Source: an uncultured virus (IMG/VR IMGVR_UViG_3300006213_000874) (taxonomy: Duplodnaviria > Heunggongvirae > Uroviricota > Caudoviricetes). From it: 64,000 nt of DNA. The notes under the pieces were generated by a model that saw nothing but the letters and a program-made list of their open reading frames with translations, had not been told where the DNA came from and did no database searches. The DNA lies in IMG/VR virus record IMGVR_UViG_3300006213_000874, one strand, 5' to 3'. Each line of letters starts with the position of its first letter. The first letter of the stretch is position 1. The position numbers and the translations under genes were made by a program. Positions 49,236 through 61,700 of the stretch are shown piece after piece.

Positions 49236-49838
49236 CGCCGGAATCAGGCGTTATTTTTATGCCCGTTTTTAAATTTAAAATCAGGAGGGGAAACAATGCA
49301 AGAAGCTGAAAAGATGCTCAAAACGTTAAAAAGCATTGATTGTACTTTAAAACGAATTGAGCAGTTGATTAAAACGGGAAATAAATACGAAGACATAAAC
49401 AGCGTAATTCCCGGTGCTCCGTACAATAAAAAATACAAGGTTGATTGTGGGAAGTATCCTCTATCAGGAACTTAACCAGTTATGGTAATGTTCTGGCATT
49501 TCCATAATTCCAATTTCAACCCATGCGCGACGATAAAACTCATGCTCTTCTCCTGCTTCGCAAAAAGTTTTTCGTTAACGGCATTTAGCACTTTTTGGTG
49601 AATAGAGTGGTGGATTTCGTCGCTGTGATTACTTACATAGGATTTGAAATCTTTAAAATCTTTCATGAAAAACACCTCCTTTCCGAGGAGATTATAACAC
49701 AAATTTACAAAATATGCGCTTGACAAGGCAGTGATTGGTTGGCAGAGATAGACTACCGCGCGACATGGGTTCCGGTTTTTCTTGATTTACCAATCTGTTG
49801 TGGTACAATATAAAAAAACTACAAGGGAGGATAAACCG

Positions 49839-50244
49839 ATGAAGAAAAAACTTATAACACTGATACTGGCAGCGTGTGTTCTGTAGAGCGGGTGCGGAGA
49901 AGAATCGAGCAACAGTCGGGAATCGGAAACCGTTGCGGAATCAGAAAAAGACGAAAAGACAGATTCAAAAGAACCCGAAGAAGAATCTAACCAGGATAAA
50001 AGCGGGCAAGAATCCGAAAACAAAGAAAGCAAAAAGAACAAAAAGAAGTCCAAAAAGAAAAGCAAACCAAAGAAAAAGTCAAATGATGAACCCGAAGAAA
50101 AGTCCGACGCACAAAAGAAAGGGGGAGGAATTAGGAGAAAAGTTAAACGAAAAATTGGAATCCATTGATTGGGACGAAAATTACGAAAAGGCAGAAGAAG
50201 CCGGAAAGAAAGCGGCGGAATGGCTAAACAAATTATTTGAGTAA
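49839..50244 (+). pseudogene. Lipoprotein with premature TAG and frameshift
   Basis: MKKKLITLILAACVL*SGC (TAG 49884); G5 run at ~50121 shifts frame. Confidence 0.75.
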
Positions 50245-50269
50245 AAATATACATAGGAGGATAAAGCAT

Positions 50270-50883
50270 ATGATGATACAGTGTCCAGAGTGCGGAAAGG
50301 AAATAAGCGATAGAGCAGAGTTTTGTCCTAATTGCGGGTTCCCAATGAGAGAATGCACAACCGCAAGCCATGTAACTGTTAGAAGCATTTTTGAAATAAA
50401 TGGTGTTGCGTTTGATGTTTTGAGAGTGAAAAACAAGGCTTTTATTAAAACGGTAGCAAATGTATCAAAAAAGGTTGCGAAACTTTGTAAGTGTGAGAAA
50501 GAGAAAGCGGAAGAGGTTGTATATGGGTACTTTTTAGCCACACACGGAGATTGCATTTACGATATTGCAGAATTAAGAAACAAAATAAATCATATAAAAT
50601 CTGCGAACGGGAAAAAATTATATTGTCCATATTGCCTTAGCAGAAATATTGATTCAATGGAGACGGTTCATGAATCAGTATCAATAGGAAAGTCGGAGAT
50701 CAGAAAAAGAGCGCTGTCACGAGAGCCGGAAACAAAGCTGGTAGAGCCGGAATGATTATGGCAACAGGCGGATTATGGGCGTTAACACCAAAAAAATCAG
50801 ATTACAAGGAAGTGAGTAAAGGGGAAACTTCATATTATACAACTGTTACAAGGACTTGCGCGGATTGCGGTTCTGCATTTTGA
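50270..50883 (+). pseudogene. Zinc-ribbon protein with frameshift
   Basis: CPEC/CPNC, CPYC; partner CADC lies in another frame after the A5 run at ~50704. Confidence 0.72.
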
Positions 50884-51008
50884 TCATATTCTCATGTTGA
50901 CAGGAGTTTATCTTGGATGTTTGTTGTGAGGTTTTTAACATCAATATTGAATGACAAATAAAATATGCTGTGATATAATGAATGAAAATGCAAAGGAGGA
51001 TTTTATCA

Positions 51009-51587
51009 ATGAAATCAAAAACAAAGAAATTTCTTTCCGCAATTTTAACCCTGGCCGTTTTGTTTTCCGCGCTTATTCCGATTCATGCACGGGCGGCGAA
51101 AGAAGATGGAAGCAAAAAGAATCCGTATTCTGCATACAAGTCATGCAAAACGGAAGTGTATGGCGCTTCGTATGCGGGAAAGTTTAAGATCAGGCTTGTT
51201 GATTATAAAGACGGAAAAGAAGCGCTGAAATTTCTAAAAGAAAACGGGGTCAAAAAGAACCCGGGGAAGTCAAAGGAATATGTATACCTGAAATTCAAAA
51301 TCAAATGCATATCAGCCGATGAAGAAGTTCCGGCAGACTTGATTTTGAATGAATATTCGAGTTTCTTTGACTCAAAATGCAAGAAACAGTTAAAAGCAGA
51401 ATTGATTCCGGTTGGCGATGGGAACAAAGAACTTTCATATAATACGATGATTTCGCCCGGCGAAACTGTTATTTGCTCAATTGCACTTTCGGTTAAATCT
51501 GGAAGCACGCCGATTACATACAGAATTTCAGCCGGATATGATGAAGATTATAATGAAATAGAGAAATGGTTTACAACAAAGAAGTAA
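51009..51587 (+). CDS. Secreted Ig-like (DUF4352-like) protein
   Basis: Signal peptide; GSKKNP; EYVYLKFKIK; own promoter and terminator. Confidence 0.75.
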   Translation: MKSKTKKFLSAILTLAVLFSALIPIHARAAKEDGSKKNPYSAYKSCKTEVYGASYAGKFKIRLVDYKDGKEALKFLKENGVKKNPGKSKEYVYLKFKIKCISADEEVPADLILNEYSSFFDSKCKKQLKAELIPVGDGNKELSYNTMISPGETVICSIALSVKSGSTPITYRISAGYDEDYNEIEKWFTTKK

Positions 51588-51725
51588 TAAGCGATTGGAT
51601 TCTTTGTAAATTAATTTGGCGGGGAGAAAACCCCGCCGTCTTTATAAATTTTATTTTGCAACATTAAATGAATATCTTTTTCTTTGTTGTACAACAGAAA
51701 CAAACTATAAAGGAGAAGCTCTAAA

Positions 51726-52904
51726 ATGAACAAAAAATTTTACGAAAGAACATGGTTTGTCGTGATGTGCTGCATAATCTTTCCGCCTGCCGGAATATTT
51801 CTGATATGGAAAAACAAAAAGCCAGACAGGAAAAACTCCAGAATCTTTATCAGCGCGATTCTTTGCTTGTGGACGTTGGCTATTGTTATGGGCGGTTCGG
51901 ATGGAGAAAATTTGTCTAACGAAAGCAGAGAACAGCAAGAAGAAACCACAAAGACCGAAGCAGAAAACGAGAAAAGCGACAGACAGGAAGTAAAAGAAAA
52001 AGGCAAAAAGGCAAGGGAAAACAGGGGCAGAAAGGCAAAAAAAGAAAAGCCGAACAAAAAATTAAAGCGCGCAATAGAATCTATCGGAATGGACTATTCG
52101 CGTGTAAAGAATATAAAGAATCTAAGCGACTGGTCGTCTGGCAAACGATATAGTTTCGTATATGACGGATTCAGATACATAGTATATGAACTTGGGAACG
52201 GCGAGATAGAATCCGTAAATACAGACGTTAAAAGGGCAAAAATTTACGAGAGAGGATATAAGTCGCTAAACTATAAAGATTTTGAGCCAGATGCAAACGT
52301 TGTAGAACCCTTGCAGACAGATGCTATTGAAAGGCTTTCTAAATACATCAAGGGAGAAACTTCCATAAAAAGCAAAATAGGCTCAATGATGTATTCCAGA
52401 ATATATGATTACTATTCGATTTCTGGGGAAGTTAAGGCGAAAAATGCTGTCAGTAAAAAGGATTTTACTTTTACGGTTGACTATATCGTAAAAAACGGAA
52501 GTTATGAGTGCGTGTATTTGGCGATTGACGGAGAGGTTGCTTTTGGTTCAGACCAGACACCAGAACTTCCTAAAGAGGAATTGGAGCAGGAGGACAGTTC
52601 GAAAAACGCAGAATCAATCATACTATCCGATGGGAAAGAGGGGAAATACGGTCAATACGATTCGTTTGACGGAGAACCATATTTGAGGTATCATGTTCCG
52701 GTTGGAAATTATAAGGTCAAGTGCAATATTCGAGGCGGATTTTACATTGAAACCATTGAACTTCACAAAGAAGATGGATGGGACACAGCAACCACTATAC
52801 AGCAGATAAATATGTCAGAGGGAGAAGTAACGGAGATTGTAATAGAGGACGGTCAGTGCATTAGCCTTATTATAAACACAGAGATAGAACTGATTAAACA
52901 ATAA
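51726..52904 (+). CDS. Membrane-anchored extracytoplasmic protein
   Basis: KKFYERTWF..FPPAGIFLIW two-TM N-terminus; terminator after. Confidence 0.82.
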   Translation: MNKKFYERTWFVVMCCIIFPPAGIFLIWKNKKPDRKNSRIFISAILCLWTLAIVMGGSDGENLSNESREQQEETTKTEAENEKSDRQEVKEKGKKARENRGRKAKKEKPNKKLKRAIESIGMDYSRVKNIKNLSDWSSGKRYSFVYDGFRYIVYELGNGEIESVNTDVKRAKIYERGYKSLNYKDFEPDANVVEPLQTDAIERLSKYIKGETSIKSKIGSMMYSRIYDYYSISGEVKAKNAVSKKDFTFTVDYIVKNGSYECVYLAIDGEVAFGSDQTPELPKEELEQEDSSKNAESIILSDGKEGKYGQYDSFDGEPYLRYHVPVGNYKVKCNIRGGFYIETIELHKEDGWDTATTIQQINMSEGEVTEIVIEDGQCISLIINTEIELIKQ

Positions 52905-53018
52905 GATGCATTAAGGGATAGCGATTTTGCTGTCCCTTTTAAAATTTTTAATTTTCCTCTTGACTTTTGTTTAAACAGATGTTATATTTTGTTTATACAA
53001 AAGAAAGGAGATGATAAG

Positions 53019-53195
53019 TTGTCGCCTAGAACTGGCAGACCAACAAACAATCCCAAAGAAAATTATACAGGGATTAGGTTATCTGACGATGAACTTAAAA
53101 AGTTGAAGTTTTGCATGGAAAAAACTGGAATGACAAAAACAGGCGTGATACGTGCGGGGATTGAACTTGTTTATGAACAGATAACAAAGAAATAA
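53019..53195 (+). CDS. RHH repressor, module D
   Basis: (M)SPRTGRPTNNPK..GIRL..TKTGVIRAGI; promoter TTGACT with ttttgtttaWaca repeated twice. Confidence 0.82.
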   Translation: MSPRTGRPTNNPKENYTGIRLSDDELKKLKFCMEKTGMTKTGVIRAGIELVYEQITKK

Positions 53196-53292
53196 AGCGG
53201 TAACGCTCCGACCAAAGAACATACCGCTTTAAACCAAAACTCCCATAAGAAGCTGACGCATACAGTATAACAGCCTCTTGTGGGAATGTCAA
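53193..53292 (-). ncRNA. Putative antisense sRNA locus (module D)
   Basis: Two hairpins; minus-strand TTGACA-17-TATACT with TG extension. Confidence 0.6.
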
Positions 53293-53315
53293 ACATTTTC
53301 ATAGGAGGTTTTTAT

Positions 53316-53927
53316 ATGGATGATTTAATGATTAAAAATGTGGATGTATTTGGCGATAGCATAATGGCTGTAAAAGACAAAGACGGGAACATATGGGCCG
53401 GTGTTAGCTACTTTTGTCGTGCGCTTGGAATGGATAAAAAGCAGAAAGACAATCAGGTAGAGAGAGTGCAGCAAGACGACGTATTAAAGAGGGGTGCCGG
53501 TAAATTTCCGGCAGGGGTATTCGACCCAGCAAATGAAGCAGTTGCGCTTCGCATTGACTTCGTTCCAATATGGCTTACAAAAATTAGAATAACTCCAAAA
53601 ATGAAAAATGAACGCCCGGAACTTGCGGAGAAACTACTGAATTACCAATTGAAAGCCAAAGACATCCTTGCCGACGCTTTCCTCCCAAACAGGGAGCCGG
53701 AACAAACCCAGGTATGCAATCCATCCGAAATCCAGTTAGGAGAACTTGCAAGCTATCTTAAAATCATGGACAAGGTAGCGAACCGCCAGAATCTCGCATC
53801 TTATAAGATTGCAGAGAACTTCAAGAGAGTGTCGGAGCAGTTCGGCGTACAGCTTTCAGATGATTTTGTGAACGTGCCGGAATATGTGCAGCAGACCCTT
53901 AAACTTGAGGGAGGTGCGGCAAAATGA
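53316..53927 (+). CDS. Antirepressor with P22 Ant-like N-terminal domain
   Basis: CRALGM..Q..D.VL..PIWL.KI..KL..YQ..L..AF. Confidence 0.82.
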   Translation: MDDLMIKNVDVFGDSIMAVKDKDGNIWAGVSYFCRALGMDKKQKDNQVERVQQDDVLKRGAGKFPAGVFDPANEAVALRIDFVPIWLTKIRITPKMKNERPELAEKLLNYQLKAKDILADAFLPNREPEQTQVCNPSEIQLGELASYLKIMDKVANRQNLASYKIAENFKRVSEQFGVQLSDDFVNVPEYVQQTLKLEGGAAK

Positions 53928-54344
53928 CCGAAAAACAGAAAAAGGAATACGCAGACGCTCTGAAAGACAGAACAAAGGAGTTTTTAGACCGCATAGGCAC
54001 TGACGACGATGAGGGGCAGCGCATTATCAAGCTGATTTACTTCTTTGCCCGCAGCGGATTTAAGGAGTATGGGGCTGGAAGAAAGGCGGTGCAGCATGAG
54101 TAAAATCAAAGAAACCATAACCGCCGTGTCTGCCGGGAATGAACCGGGAGCGGTCAGGATCAAGAGAGAAGAACAAGAACGGATGCCAGAATGGTATTTT
54201 GCTACGGCTATGAAATGCGCTGTTGTAATCGCCGCGATAGCTGCCGCAACTGCAATTATCATATTTGCAGACTTATGGAAAGTTCTTGCTTTGATTGTAG
54301 CTGGGATTTTTTATACTTTGATTTACTTTGCGTTGCAGAATTAG
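53924..54344 (+). other. Two small ORFs (53924-54103; membrane protein 54096-54344)
   Basis: Coupled starts; two TM helices in the second. Confidence 0.55.
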
Positions 54345-54616
54345 GGGGGGGGTGCACAGAGCGAAACAAATAGAGAGCGAACATACAATGAAATGGAGAA
54401 AAGAGCAGATTAAGAATATGGTGTATGGGATGAACGCAAACTGTTGCGTCATAAACATGATATACGGATTTGCCAGAAAATGTTTTGAGATATCCAGAGA
54501 AAAGGCAAAAGAAAAATTATAAAGTGGTTATTGCAAAAGGCGTCTTCTTGGGAAGACGTCTTTTTTATGCCCATTTTTAAATTATCGAAATAAAAATCAT
54601 AGAGGAGGAAAATGAT

Positions 54617-55264
54617 ATGTTGGTAGAAATGAGGAAGCTCAACAAAAGAGAAATCAATGTTGTCACAAGCCTTGATGTGGCTGAAACATTTGAAAAGGAA
54701 CATAAGAACGTATTGAGGGATATAAGAGAATTACCTTGTAGCGAAGAATTTCGACTGCTCAATTTTGTGCCGTCGGAATATCTAAATCAGCAGAACCACA
54801 AGCAGCCAATGTATTACATTACAAGAGACGGATTTACTCTTTTAGTCATGGGTTACACCGGCGAAAAGGCTATGAAATTTAAGGAGGCTTACATAAGACA
54901 GTTCAATGCTATGGAGGCTACACTGCAAGGAAAGCTGATTGAGCGAGAAAAAGGAATCGTAGTCCGGCAAGCATTTACGAAAGCGTTAAAAGAAAGCGGA
55001 GAGAACGAAAGAACGCACGGACACGCTTATTCGCTTTACACGGACTTGATTTACAAGGCAGTTTTCGGGAAGAACGCCAAACAGCTAAGAGAGGAATATG
55101 GAATAGCAAAACAGGACAATCTAATAGATTGCTTTGCCCAGGAAGAACTCGCAAAGGTAAAATCTGTTGAAATGGTTGTCAGCGGTCTTGTAGATTGTGG
55201 TTGGGGATATGATGATGTGAAGGGTTTTATAACCAACAGCACAAGAAAGTTGATTGCAGCTTAA
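54617..55264 (+). CDS. Rha family antirepressor/regulator
   Basis: VTSLDVAETFEKEH..TRDGFTLLVMGYTG. Confidence 0.92.
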   Translation: MLVEMRKLNKREINVVTSLDVAETFEKEHKNVLRDIRELPCSEEFRLLNFVPSEYLNQQNHKQPMYYITRDGFTLLVMGYTGEKAMKFKEAYIRQFNAMEATLQGKLIEREKGIVVRQAFTKALKESGENERTHGHAYSLYTDLIYKAVFGKNAKQLREEYGIAKQDNLIDCFAQEELAKVKSVEMVVSGLVDCGWGYDDVKGFITNSTRKLIAA

Positions 55265-55731
55265 TATATAATATTGAAAAAAGGATTCTTTTTTTGCGCC
55301 CATTTTTAAAAATCGGAGGTATTGACCATGAAAAGTGAAAGAAAAAATAAAGAAGAACGACTTGAGGATGCATTGCTGGAATACATTGAACGCCACGACA
55401 AAGATGCGCGGCCAGACACATTAGAAACAATCCCGGCTGCGGCAATGGCGTTTGTTTAGCTTTGGAAAATTATTTAGTTTTCTGCTCGTTTAATTCAGAT
55501 AATTTGTCATAGACATTTTGCATAAATTTTGCCACGTCTTTTCTGTTTTGGTCATTTGCTGCATGTGGCCAGCTTTGCGGTTTTGCGACGGTAATGTCCT
55601 TGACATATTCGAGCAATACAGAATTATCAATCACGGTATCACCTCCTTTGGGAGAATTATACCACAAACAACAGGTAAGCACCCAATCTATGGGTGCTAT
55701 TTTTATTATGCTTTGTAAAGGCGGTGAAGGC

Positions 55732-58700
55732 ATGGCAGAAATAGATTCCCTTGAGATTCAAATAACAGCGAGCAGCAGAGCGGCGGCAACGGCAATAGAT
55801 GCGCTCAACAGAAAGCTTGGGACGCTTGCAAACTCCCTTAATTTTGATGCGCCTGGTCTGGAAAAACTGGATAAAATCCACGGAGACAACATAAAAAACC
55901 TTGGAACAGGTCTAAACGCACTCGGAAAAGGACTGCAAAGCATACAGTCCATCCGAAGGATAGATTTCGGAAAAATTGCAACCGATGTGCGAAGGCTGTC
56001 AAACATCCAGTCCGGGAATCTCCAAACACTCGGAAACGCTATGCGCCCGCTTGCAGATGGAATCAATGCGCTGTCAAAAGCAAAGGTTGACAATTCCAAC
56101 CTTACCAATCTGATAAACAGCCTTACAAGACTGTCAAATGCGAACCTAAGCAACCTTAACGGGGCAAACTTCACGCAGCTTGGAACTTCCATAAAGGATT
56201 TTGCAAATGCCGTATCGGGCGCAAACAAGGTGGAGCAATCCACAATCGCTATGACAAACGCGGTTGCAAAGCTGGCAGCAGCCGGAAAAAACATAGGAAA
56301 AGTCACCGGAGCATTGCCGCACCTTGCAAACAGCCTGAAAGCCTTTATGAACACCATGCATGAAGCGCCGCAGGTAGCAAATGAGACAATCACATTTGCA
56401 CAGGCAATCGGGACACTGGCAAGTGCAGGGGACAAAACCAAGGCAACCGCAAGCAATTTAAAACAGCTTGGTACGGAACTGAAAAACTTTATGCAGACCA
56501 TGTCCGCGGCACCGAATGTCAGCGACAGTGTTATCAGAATGACAACCGCACTTTCTGGACTTGTTAATCAGGGCGGGAGGGTGACGCTTTCGTCAAACTC
56601 CCTAAGCAGCAGCTTTAGCCGGGTATCTGGAATGTCTGGAAGGCTCAGGACAAACTTTCGGAATCTGACAGGCTCCATGTCCGGTCTGAGCGGAGCGACC
56701 TCAAAAACGGCGTCCAGCCTTAAAGGATTTTTACGGCAGCTCATGTCAGCAACCGGTGTGTATTTCAGCATATACGGCGCAATCCGGGGACTGAAATCTG
56801 CAATCGATATTTCGTCCGACCTGACAGAAGTACAGAACGTTGTGGACGTGGCGTTTGGAGATATGGCATACAAAGTCGAGGAATTTGCAAAGGTTTCCGT
56901 AAAAGATTTTGGAATGTCGGAACTTACCACAAAAGAAATAGCCGGACGGTTCCAGGCAATGTCAACCGCAATCGGTGTAAGTGCAGATAAAATCGGACAG
57001 GCAAACACGTTTTTAAGCGGGCAGACAAAAGGATATGTTGCGGTTTCCGATTCGATGGCAGACGTTTCTATTAACCTGACGAAGTTAGCCGCTGATATGG
57101 CATCGTTTTACAACGTCGAACAGACCGACGTAGCCAAAAGCCTTGAATCCATATTCACGGGAACCACGGCCCCGCTGCGAAAATATGGTCTTGACCTGAC
57201 ACAGGCAACTCTTTCCGAGTGGGCATTGAAACAGGGACTTGACGCTGATATAAGTTCCATGTCTCAGGCCGAAAAGACCATGCTGCGGTATCAGTATGTC
57301 CTGTCAAATACAAAAGCAGCACAGGGCGACTTCGCGCGTACAGCAGACTCGTGGGCTAATCAAACACGTGTTCTGGCACAGCAGTTTGAAATACTGGCTT
57401 CTGTAATCGGCGGCGTTTTTATTAACGCTTTTAAGCCGGTTGTCAAGACACTAAATGCCGTTATGGCAAAAGTAATATCATTTGCAAAAACCGTAGCAGA
57501 CGCACTTGGCACAATTTTCGGCTGGACATTTGAGGTAAATCCAGGCGGAATAACAAATGATTTTGGCGACATGTCATCTGGTATCGAAGATGTTGCAGAC
57601 AGTGCAGGAGATGCGGCAGATAAAGTAAAAGACACGACAGACGAAGTAAAAGACCTGAAAGCGAATTTGCAGGGAATTGATAAGCTACATGTCATAAGCC
57701 TTGATAAAGACAAAGACAAAGGAAAGGACAAGGGAACCGGAAAAGACAAGGACAAGGGAGACGGAATTGGCGGAATAGGCGGCTTAGATACAAACCTGTT
57801 TGAAACCAAGAGTGTATTGAAAAAATATAAAAGCAGCATTGACACACTGTACAAACTGGGAGAGTACATAGGAAAAACTCTGACAAAAGCATTAAACAGC
57901 ATAAACTGGGATAAAGTATACGCTGCGGCAGACAATTTCGGGATTGGTCTGGCGCAGTTTTTAAATGGGCTGATTTCGCCAGAACTGTTTGCTGCGGTTG
58001 GTCGGACGATAGCCGGGGCGTTGAATACCGCACTCCATGTGCTTGACAATTTCGGAGCAACTTTTGACTGGAAAAATCTTGGAGATTCGCTTTCTGCTGG
58101 ACTGGTTGCGTTCTTGAAAGGCATTGACTGGGAAACCGCGCTGTCCGCTGCTGCAAACTGGGGAACCGGAATTGCGACGACTCTGAATAGTTTTATATCT
58201 CCAGAATCATTCGGGCTTGTCGGAGAATCAATAGCAAAGGCTTTAAACACAGCGGTGCAATTCGCGCTTAGTTTCGGACAAGAATTTGACTGGACAAATT
58301 TTGGAGAATCTCTTGCTACGGGAGTAAACGAATTCTTTAGAAACTTTAATTTTGAAAATCTGGCAGAGGCAATTAACGTGTGGGCAAAAGGAATTCTTGA
58401 CACCATGATAACATTTCTGGACAAAACAGAATGGTACATGATTGGAGAAAGAATTGGAACATTTCTTGCGGAATTAGACTTTGCAGAAATAGGAGGGAAA
58501 ATCGGGCAAGCAATATGGAAAGCTATAAACGCGGGGATAGAGCTGTTTAAGGGGATGTTTTCCAAAGCACCGATAGAAGCGGCAATAATAGCCGCTTTTG
58601 CAGCACTAAAATTAACGGGAGCAGGCTCGATTATAGCAGGAGGGATAGCAAAGGCGCTATCTTCCACGAAAGCAAAAATATCCACAGCAATAACAAAAGT

Positions 58701-61700
58701 GTTAAAAACAGCACTGTTGAAACCTATATCAAAATTTTTTACGGCAACCCTGATTCCGTCTATTACGGGACTTTTTTCAACGGTCGGAAGTGCATTTGGA
58801 CTTTCTGGAAGTGCGGCGGTAGCGGCAGGTGGAGGAGTCGTTGTTGCCGGAATCGTCACGGCTGTTGCGACGATAAAAGACCTCTGGGGCACGTCCGAAA
58901 TTTTCAGAAAATCTGTATTGGATGCCTTCGATAAAATAAAGAAAAGCGTTTCTGATGCTTTTGAAAAAGTATCGGGAGCGGTAAAACCTCTGATTGATGC
59001 ATTTGGAGAACTTGGAAAAGCACTTTCAGACTTTTATCAGAAAGGCCCTTTAAAACCGATAGTTGAGCTGCTTGCAAGCCTTGCCGTAACGCTGGGTGGT
59101 GCAGTAATATCAACAGCGATAGACGTTATATCTGATGCGTTTTCCGCCCTTGCAAACGTTCTGACGGGGGCTGTTGAAGTTATAACAGGCGTCTTGGAGG
59201 CACTTAACGGAATTATTCATCTTGATTTTGACATGGCAATAAGCGGAGCCGCAAAAGCCGCGAAAGGAATACTTGATGCGTTTTCTGGAATTTTAGGAGG
59301 AATAATAAACGCCGGAGTTGATATTGTAAAAGGTCTGCTGAAAGGAATTTTAAGTGGATTTTCCAATATTGGCAGCTGGCTTAAAAAGAATATATTTGAC
59401 CCGTTTATTAATGCGTTCAAGAATATTTTCGGAATCCATTCTCCATCAACAGTAATGGCAGAACAAGGCAGATTTTTAATACAAGGCCTGCTAAATGGAA
59501 TATCCGGCATGATTGGCAAAGTTACCAAGCTGTTTGCAGATATAAAAAACAGTATCGCAAGAGTATGGGGCGAAGCAAAAAAGAACACAACCGAAGCGTG
59601 GAACACAATATCAAACAAAGTCAGCGAAACGTGGGGAAACATGAAGTCCTGGGCGTCGGAAAAGTTTTCTGCTATAAAAAATTCGGTTACGGGCGCATGG
59701 GACAAGGCAAAAGAAAAAACCGTAAGCGCATGGACAACAATATCAAATAAGATAAGCGAAACCTGGAACAACATAAAGTCTTGGGCGTCGGAAAAGTTCA
59801 ATGCGGCAAAGAAATCCATAAGCGATGCATGGGAAAGCGCGAAGTCCAAGACAACAAGCACGTGGAGCACGATTTCTTCAAAGTTGAGCAGTACATGGAA
59901 CAACATAAAAACATGGGCATCTGATAAGTTTTCAAGTGCAAAAAATTCAATAGTAAATGCATGGAATACCGCAAAAACAAAGACACAGAGTACATGGGAC
60001 ACAATCAAAAACAAAATATCGAGCGTCTGGAAAAACATAAAGTCAACCATATCGGGGGCGCTGACCGGAGAAGGAGGCATAGCAGGAAAACTGTCATCCG
60101 CATGGTCGAACATCAAAAGCACGGCATCAAAAATGTGGAAACAGATTGCTGACAGCATCTTAAGCCCGATTAAAAAAGCAATAGACGGTGTGAAAAATGG
60201 GATTAACTGGGTTCTGGAAAAGGTCGGGGCTAAAAAGAGCGTGATTAAAGGAAGCCCGAAATATGCTAAAGGCTCCAATGGAATCCCAGAAGACACGTTT
60301 GGCATAGTCAACGACCAGAAAGGCTCCACATACCGCGAACTAATCGTACCGCCGCACGGAAAGCCGTTCATCCCAAAAGGACGAAACGTCATGCTTCCGC
60401 TTGAAAAAGGAACAAAAATCATGCCCGCAATGGAAACCAAGCGTTTTATTGGCGGGCTTCCTCATTTTGAGGGCGGAATAGGCGATTTTATCGGCGGCGC
60501 ATGGGAGAAAGTAAAAAACTTTACTGGACAGATATGGGATTATATTTCAGAGCCGAAAAAGATTGTCCAGATTGCCATAGATAAATTCACGAGCATGACG
60601 GGCATTTTGGAACCTATGCTATCAATCGCAAAAGGGGCAGTAAGCACGATCGCGGACGGAGCGACCAGTTTTGTCAAGAAAATATTTGACGAAGAACTAA
60701 AGGTTGACTACAAAGTCGGCGCAGGCGTGCAGCAATGGGCTGGACTTGCAGCAAAAGCCTTGCAGATAACAGGACAGTATTCAGCCGCCAACCTCTCCTA
60801 TCTTTTGCAGCAGATGCAACATGAGTCAAGTGGAAATCCGATGTCCATAAACCTATGGGATTCAAATGCAAAAAAGGGAACTCCATCCAAGGGATTGATG
60901 CAGGTGATTGACCCCACATTCCAGTCTTACGCAAAACCTCCATATAACAAGAACATTTATGATCCGTTATCGAACATTATTGCTTCTATAAGGTATTCGT
61001 TGGCAAAATACGGAAGTCTTTATAACGCATGGGCCAAAAGAGGATTTATAGGATATGAGTCCGGAATTGGAAAAATAACCATATCGGATATCATACCGGG
61101 ATACGCAAACGGCGGGTTCCCAGAATCCGGGCAACTATTTATGGCAAGGGAAAACGGATCGCCGGAAATGGTAGGAAAAATCGGGAGCCGGACGGTGGTG
61201 GCAAACAACGAACAGATTACGGACGCGGTGGCAAAGGCAATTGCGGAAAAGATGAATGAAACAACGGACGAATTTGGAAAGATCATGAACCAACTTTTGA
61301 AAAAGATGGAAAAAATCTTTCTATCCGCGTCCGAACAAAAAGGTGTTGACCGAAAGTCTTTATACTTTGTGGCAGACAGACTTATTGCCAACATCAAAGA
61401 TTCCTTTTCTTCGATAACAAATGAGTTTTTAAAAACCGGAACAATTTCTGACAACGAAGTACAATCGTTACTAGAAAAAACCGCGCAAATAATAGAAAAA
61501 GGCAGGCAAGACAACCAAGAAAACGCCGACGCGCTGAGTTTGATATACAAAAGCATATCATCAAATTCGGTGGATGCATTTAACGCTATGAATGAAGCTG
61601 CAAGCGCATATAGAAAATATGCAGAAAGCGCGAAAAAAGAAACAAAAAGAAAAGAAGAAATAGATATAGAAATAAATACAGACGTAAAAGAAGAAAGTGT

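Noticed and set aside
49884..49886. TAG recoding (genetic code 15) suggested by in-frame TAGs
   Set aside because: Many phage genes, including capsid and holin, end at TAG right before the next RBS, and no CUA suppressor tRNA is present.
57360..60440. Long minus-strand ORFs (510 aa, 407 aa)
   Set aside because: Shadows of the tape measure gene; no RBS or recognisable motifs.
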